Assembly (NCBI GenBank): GCA_016213595.1 | Contig: JACRAA010000041.1 | Span: 1 to 35,969 of the forward strand | DNA: 35,969 nt | DNA from: Actinomycetota bacterium | Lineage (GTDB): Bacteria; Actinomycetota; Actinomycetes; Propionibacteriales; Propionibacteriaceae | Direction of reading: 5' to 3' | Shown: positions 33,097 through 35,969 of the stretch, piece by piece | Position numbering within the stretch: position 1 is the first letter of the stretch | Layout: each line of letters opens with the position of its first letter | Notes under the pieces: generated by a model | What the model saw: only the letters and a program-made list of their open reading frames with translations | What the model was told of the DNA's origin: nothing | The model's database searches: none | Made by a program: the position numbers and the translations under genes

Positions 33097-34464
33097 CTAC
33101 GTGGCCTCGCTGTGCTCGTCGCCGACGCGCCCCACATGGCCGTACAGGTCGGGCAGGACTCCGAGCGGGTCGAGTCTCGACTTCGCCTTCTGCCAGTTCG
33201 GGCGGTTGTAGATCGTCCAGAACCGCTCCGGGGTGTAGCTGTTGCGCCCGATCAGGGTCTTGAGGCCCGCCAGCTCGTACACCTCCTGCTCGAGGAGCTT
33301 CGCGTAGTCCCTGTCAGGCTCGTTGTTGTCCCGTCCGTAGATGGCGCAGTCGATGTACAGGTCGTCGCGTGAGGAGTCCATGAAGTCGGGCGCGATCCAG
33401 GGGTAGTCGCGGGGAGGGCGGTACGGCACCACCCACAGCGGGAAGAACCTGAACTCGTCGCGGTACCAGTCGAAGAACTCCTGGAAGCGCCGCGAGGGGA
33501 TGAAGACGTCGCAGACGACGTCCGGGCGCTTCTTCCGCGACACCTTCGACTCCAGCCGGCTCATCCGGATGAGGTTCGTCGAGCCGAGCAGCCGTGGTCC
33601 CGCCAAGGCCCGGACGGGCGCCCACTGCAGCGGGGGGACCTTCCGCGTCAGCCAGTGGCAGTCGGTGTCGTAGCGGAAGCAGTAGTCCGCGGTGGTGAGG
33701 TAGTCCTCCTCGCGGCTGGCTGTGCTCGCGTAGTAGACCTTCGACCGCGAGTAGTCGCTCACGTACGGCGCCTCGTCCACGAGCTCGCCCAGGCACAGGA
33801 CGAACCGGTGCGGGGAGTGCACGATCCCGTCGATGAAGTCGACCCTGTCGGCGGCGACCTCGCCTCGCATCGCGGCATGGAAGGAGTCGGCCGTCGTGAA
33901 CGTGCGGTACGTCAGGTGGACGTACGGCGCCGCCGGGATCAGCTCGAACGTCAGCCTCGTGAGCAGCGCCAGGGTGCCGTACGAGCCGTGGACCATCTCG
34001 AAGATGTCCGGGTCGCTCTCACGCGAGCACGTGACGACCTCGCCGGTGCCCGTCACCAGCTCGTACTCCAGGCAGCTGTCGTGGAACCCGCCGTACCGGA
34101 ACGACATCGACTCGACGGAGCAGCCCACGACCGCACCACCAAGGGTGATCCCCTTCAGCTCCGGGACCACCTTGGGCAGCAGTCCGTACGCCAGGGTCGC
34201 CTCGACGACGTCCGAGAACGTGACGGCTGACTCCGCCACGCAGATGCGGCGCTCGGCGTCGATCTGGATGATCTCGTCGAGGTCTCGCATGTTGAGTGGG
34301 GCATGCCGGTACCGCGCAGCGCCGTGCAGCGGCACGACGTGCTTGACCGCGCCCTTGTCGACGTTGTCGACGATCTCGCCGCGCTCGGCGCGCTCGCGCA
34401 TCGTGGCGGCGATCGTACGCACCTTCGTCTCGTGATCTACCTGGGTGACCCCTGCCAGCGTCAT
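33097..34464 (-). CDS. FAD-binding (PCMH-type) oxidoreductase, DHCR24/DIMINUTO-like
   Basis: The FAD-binding region is ITLGGAVVGCSVESMSFRYGGFHD...HGSYGTLALLT. The long C-terminal domain with CFRYDTDCHWL resembles delta(24)-sterol reductase-type flavoproteins. Confidence 0.7.
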   Translation of the reverse strand: MTLAGVTQVDHETKVRTIAATMRERAERGEIVDNVDKGAVKHVVPLHGAARYRHAPLNMRDLDEIIQIDAERRICVAESAVTFSDVVEATLAYGLLPKVVPELKGITLGGAVVGCSVESMSFRYGGFHDSCLEYELVTGTGEVVTCSRESDPDIFEMVHGSYGTLALLTRLTFELIPAAPYVHLTYRTFTTADSFHAAMRGEVAADRVDFIDGIVHSPHRFVLCLGELVDEAPYVSDYSRSKVYYASTASREEDYLTTADYCFRYDTDCHWLTRKVPPLQWAPVRALAGPRLLGSTNLIRMSRLESKVSRKKRPDVVCDVFIPSRRFQEFFDWYRDEFRFFPLWVVPYRPPRDYPWIAPDFMDSSRDDLYIDCAIYGRDNNEPDRDYAKLLEQEVYELAGLKTLIGRNSYTPERFWTIYNRPNWQKAKSRLDPLGVLPDLYGHVGRVGDEHSEAT

Positions 34465-34661
34465 GCGGGAAGAAGTACCCGGGAGGTCGGGTGGTCAATC
34501 AGGCGGGCAGAGATCGCGCCGCGGCGCAAGGTGGCGACGGTTTTGCTAAGACACTTTCCTGAATCTCTTGCCGCCTCTCCGGCCCGGCTGGTACGAAAGG
34601 ACAGAGGCCACTCCCTCACCCCGTTGGAGCTGGCCCTGCCCAAGAACAAAGGAGTTCGGCA

Positions 34662-35918
34662 ATGCCAAACCTGACCCGTCGCGGACTGCTCGTCGGTGGC
34701 GCCACCGTTGCTGTAGTCGCCCTCACCCCCCAGGCAGCCCACGCGGCGACTGAGACCGCGAGCGTCCCCTTCACCCTGAATGCCACCGTCCTGGACGGGG
34801 GTGAGCAGGTCTCCTCGCTGACGCTCGACACGAGCGCCCTCGGCCCGATCGACCCGTCCAGCCTGACGACCTCCACGTTCACGGTCCACGCGAAGTCTCT
34901 TGTTCCCTGGTCCACCACCGACCTCGTCTTCACGCAGTACGACGCCGACCGTCCGGTCACGAAGGCGTACCTGGACCACGGGAAGATCGTGCTCGACCTG
35001 CAGACGATCGACCAGAAGACTCTCGGCGGCACCCTCGGCTACCTGGCGCGCGCCGGTCGCAACGTGCTGCTCGACCTCACGTACACGATCACGCAGGCCG
35101 TTCCGCTCACGCTGCTGAACCACCGCTCGCTCGTGCTTCCCGGCGTCACGCAGGGCAAGCTCGTCGACCCCGAGGTCGACGCGTACAGCTACCACAAGCA
35201 CGCCAACGGGATGAACTACCGCCTGTTCTCGCCCACCCAGGGCGGCGGGGCGGAGCGGTCCGTGGGTGAGGGCAAGCGACCGCTCGTCGTGTGGCTGCAC
35301 GGCGGCGGCGAGGGAGGTCTGCTGTCGCAGAACTACTACGACAACGAGCCCACCCTCCGCGCCAACCGCGGCGCCCTCGGCTTCTCCACGGCAGAGGCCC
35401 AGAGGATCTTCAAGGGCGCGTACGTCGTCGCCCCGCAGGCGGAGACCGCATGGATGGCGGACGGACCGGGGTACGCCCCTCGGGTCAAGGCCATCATCGA
35501 CGACCTCGTCGCCCGGGACCCGATCGACGCGAGCCGGATCCTCGTCGTCGGGTGCAGCAACGGCGGCTACATGTCGCTGTACATGTCGTGGGCCTACCAG
35601 GGGTTCTTCGCCGGCTCCGTGCCGATCTGCCCTGGGGCGAGCACGAGGTACTTCACCGACGAGCAGCTGAAGTCCATCACGACTCCGACGTGGATCGTGC
35701 AGGCTGCCAACGACACGACGCTGCCGCCTCCCGTCAACGGCCTGCGGGCCCATGCCCTGGTCCCCGGCTCGCTGATGTCGTTCTACGACAACGTCACGTG
35801 GAACGGGATCTCGTACCCGGGTCACTGGTCGTGGATCTACGTCGCCCGCAACGACCCGTCCCTCAACGGCCAGCACATCTGGCAGTGGATGGCGTCGCAG
35901 CAGCTCCCCACGGGGTAG
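34662..35918 (+). CDS. Tat-secreted alpha/beta hydrolase (prolyl oligopeptidase/esterase-type)
   Basis: Tat signal LTRRGLLVGGATVAVVALTPQAAHA. Oxyanion region VVWLHGGGEGG and nucleophile elbow GCSNGG. ANDTT and GHW are plausible Asp and His positions. SD AAAGGAG. Confidence 0.8.
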   Translation: MPNLTRRGLLVGGATVAVVALTPQAAHAATETASVPFTLNATVLDGGEQVSSLTLDTSALGPIDPSSLTTSTFTVHAKSLVPWSTTDLVFTQYDADRPVTKAYLDHGKIVLDLQTIDQKTLGGTLGYLARAGRNVLLDLTYTITQAVPLTLLNHRSLVLPGVTQGKLVDPEVDAYSYHKHANGMNYRLFSPTQGGGAERSVGEGKRPLVVWLHGGGEGGLLSQNYYDNEPTLRANRGALGFSTAEAQRIFKGAYVVAPQAETAWMADGPGYAPRVKAIIDDLVARDPIDASRILVVGCSNGGYMSLYMSWAYQGFFAGSVPICPGASTRYFTDEQLKSITTPTWIVQAANDTTLPPPVNGLRAHALVPGSLMSFYDNVTWNGISYPGHWSWIYVARNDPSLNGQHIWQWMASQQLPTG

Positions 35919-35969
35919 CCGAGGGTCTCCTGCCCCCACCCACGAAGGCCGTCCGGTGCTCCGGGCGGC

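Noticed and set aside
34516-34527. Perfect palindrome GCGCCGCGGCGC in the divergent region between the flavoprotein and the esterase, as an operator.
   Set aside because: It is composed purely of G and C, so it is expected frequently by chance at this base composition. No regulator gene is adjacent.

Overview
High-GC (roughly 70%) actinobacterial chromosomal segment. It is densely coding, with no transposase, integrase, phage gene or CRISPR array visible. Many long ORFs in the track are antisense shadows of real genes. Left part (1-8.8 kb): the end of a Liv-type ABC ATPase pair, a LacI regulator, and a hexuronate module in which a LarA-like nickel-pincer racemase/epimerase homologue is divergent from uxaC plus a mannitol-dehydrogenase-family reductase. 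These are followed by OsmC, an orphan aspartate carbamoyltransferase-like gene and a DsbA-like Rv2466c homologue. Next (8.9-14.1 kb): xylA-xylB-galM sits inside what in Mycobacterium tuberculosis is the contiguous Rv2466c/rpiB/nei block. Middle (14-22 kb): a hexose-6-P mutarotase, an orphan sugar-binding lipoprotein with a palindromic operator, an unknown 457-aa protein, two GNATs, an NmrA-like protein, a tRNA-Gly(UCC)-like gene with non-canonical G8 and G33, a small secreted Leu/Gly/Asn-rich protein and an SDR. Right (22-29 kb): an envelope-glycan modification supercluster. It holds an ArnT-like GT-C enzyme coupled to GtrA, a WecE-like sugar aminotransferase and a polyprenyl-phosphate GT2. 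It also holds a signal-peptidase I relic and a translationally coupled YqcI/YcgG - DUF1989 - membrane GT2 operon, which is my best candidate for an undescribed system. The window ends with a RecQ-family helicase, two tandem GAF-ANTAR regulators plus a small acidic protein, a DHCR24-like flavoprotein and a Tat-secreted alpha/beta hydrolase. All family assignments come from reading the translations by eye; no searches were run.
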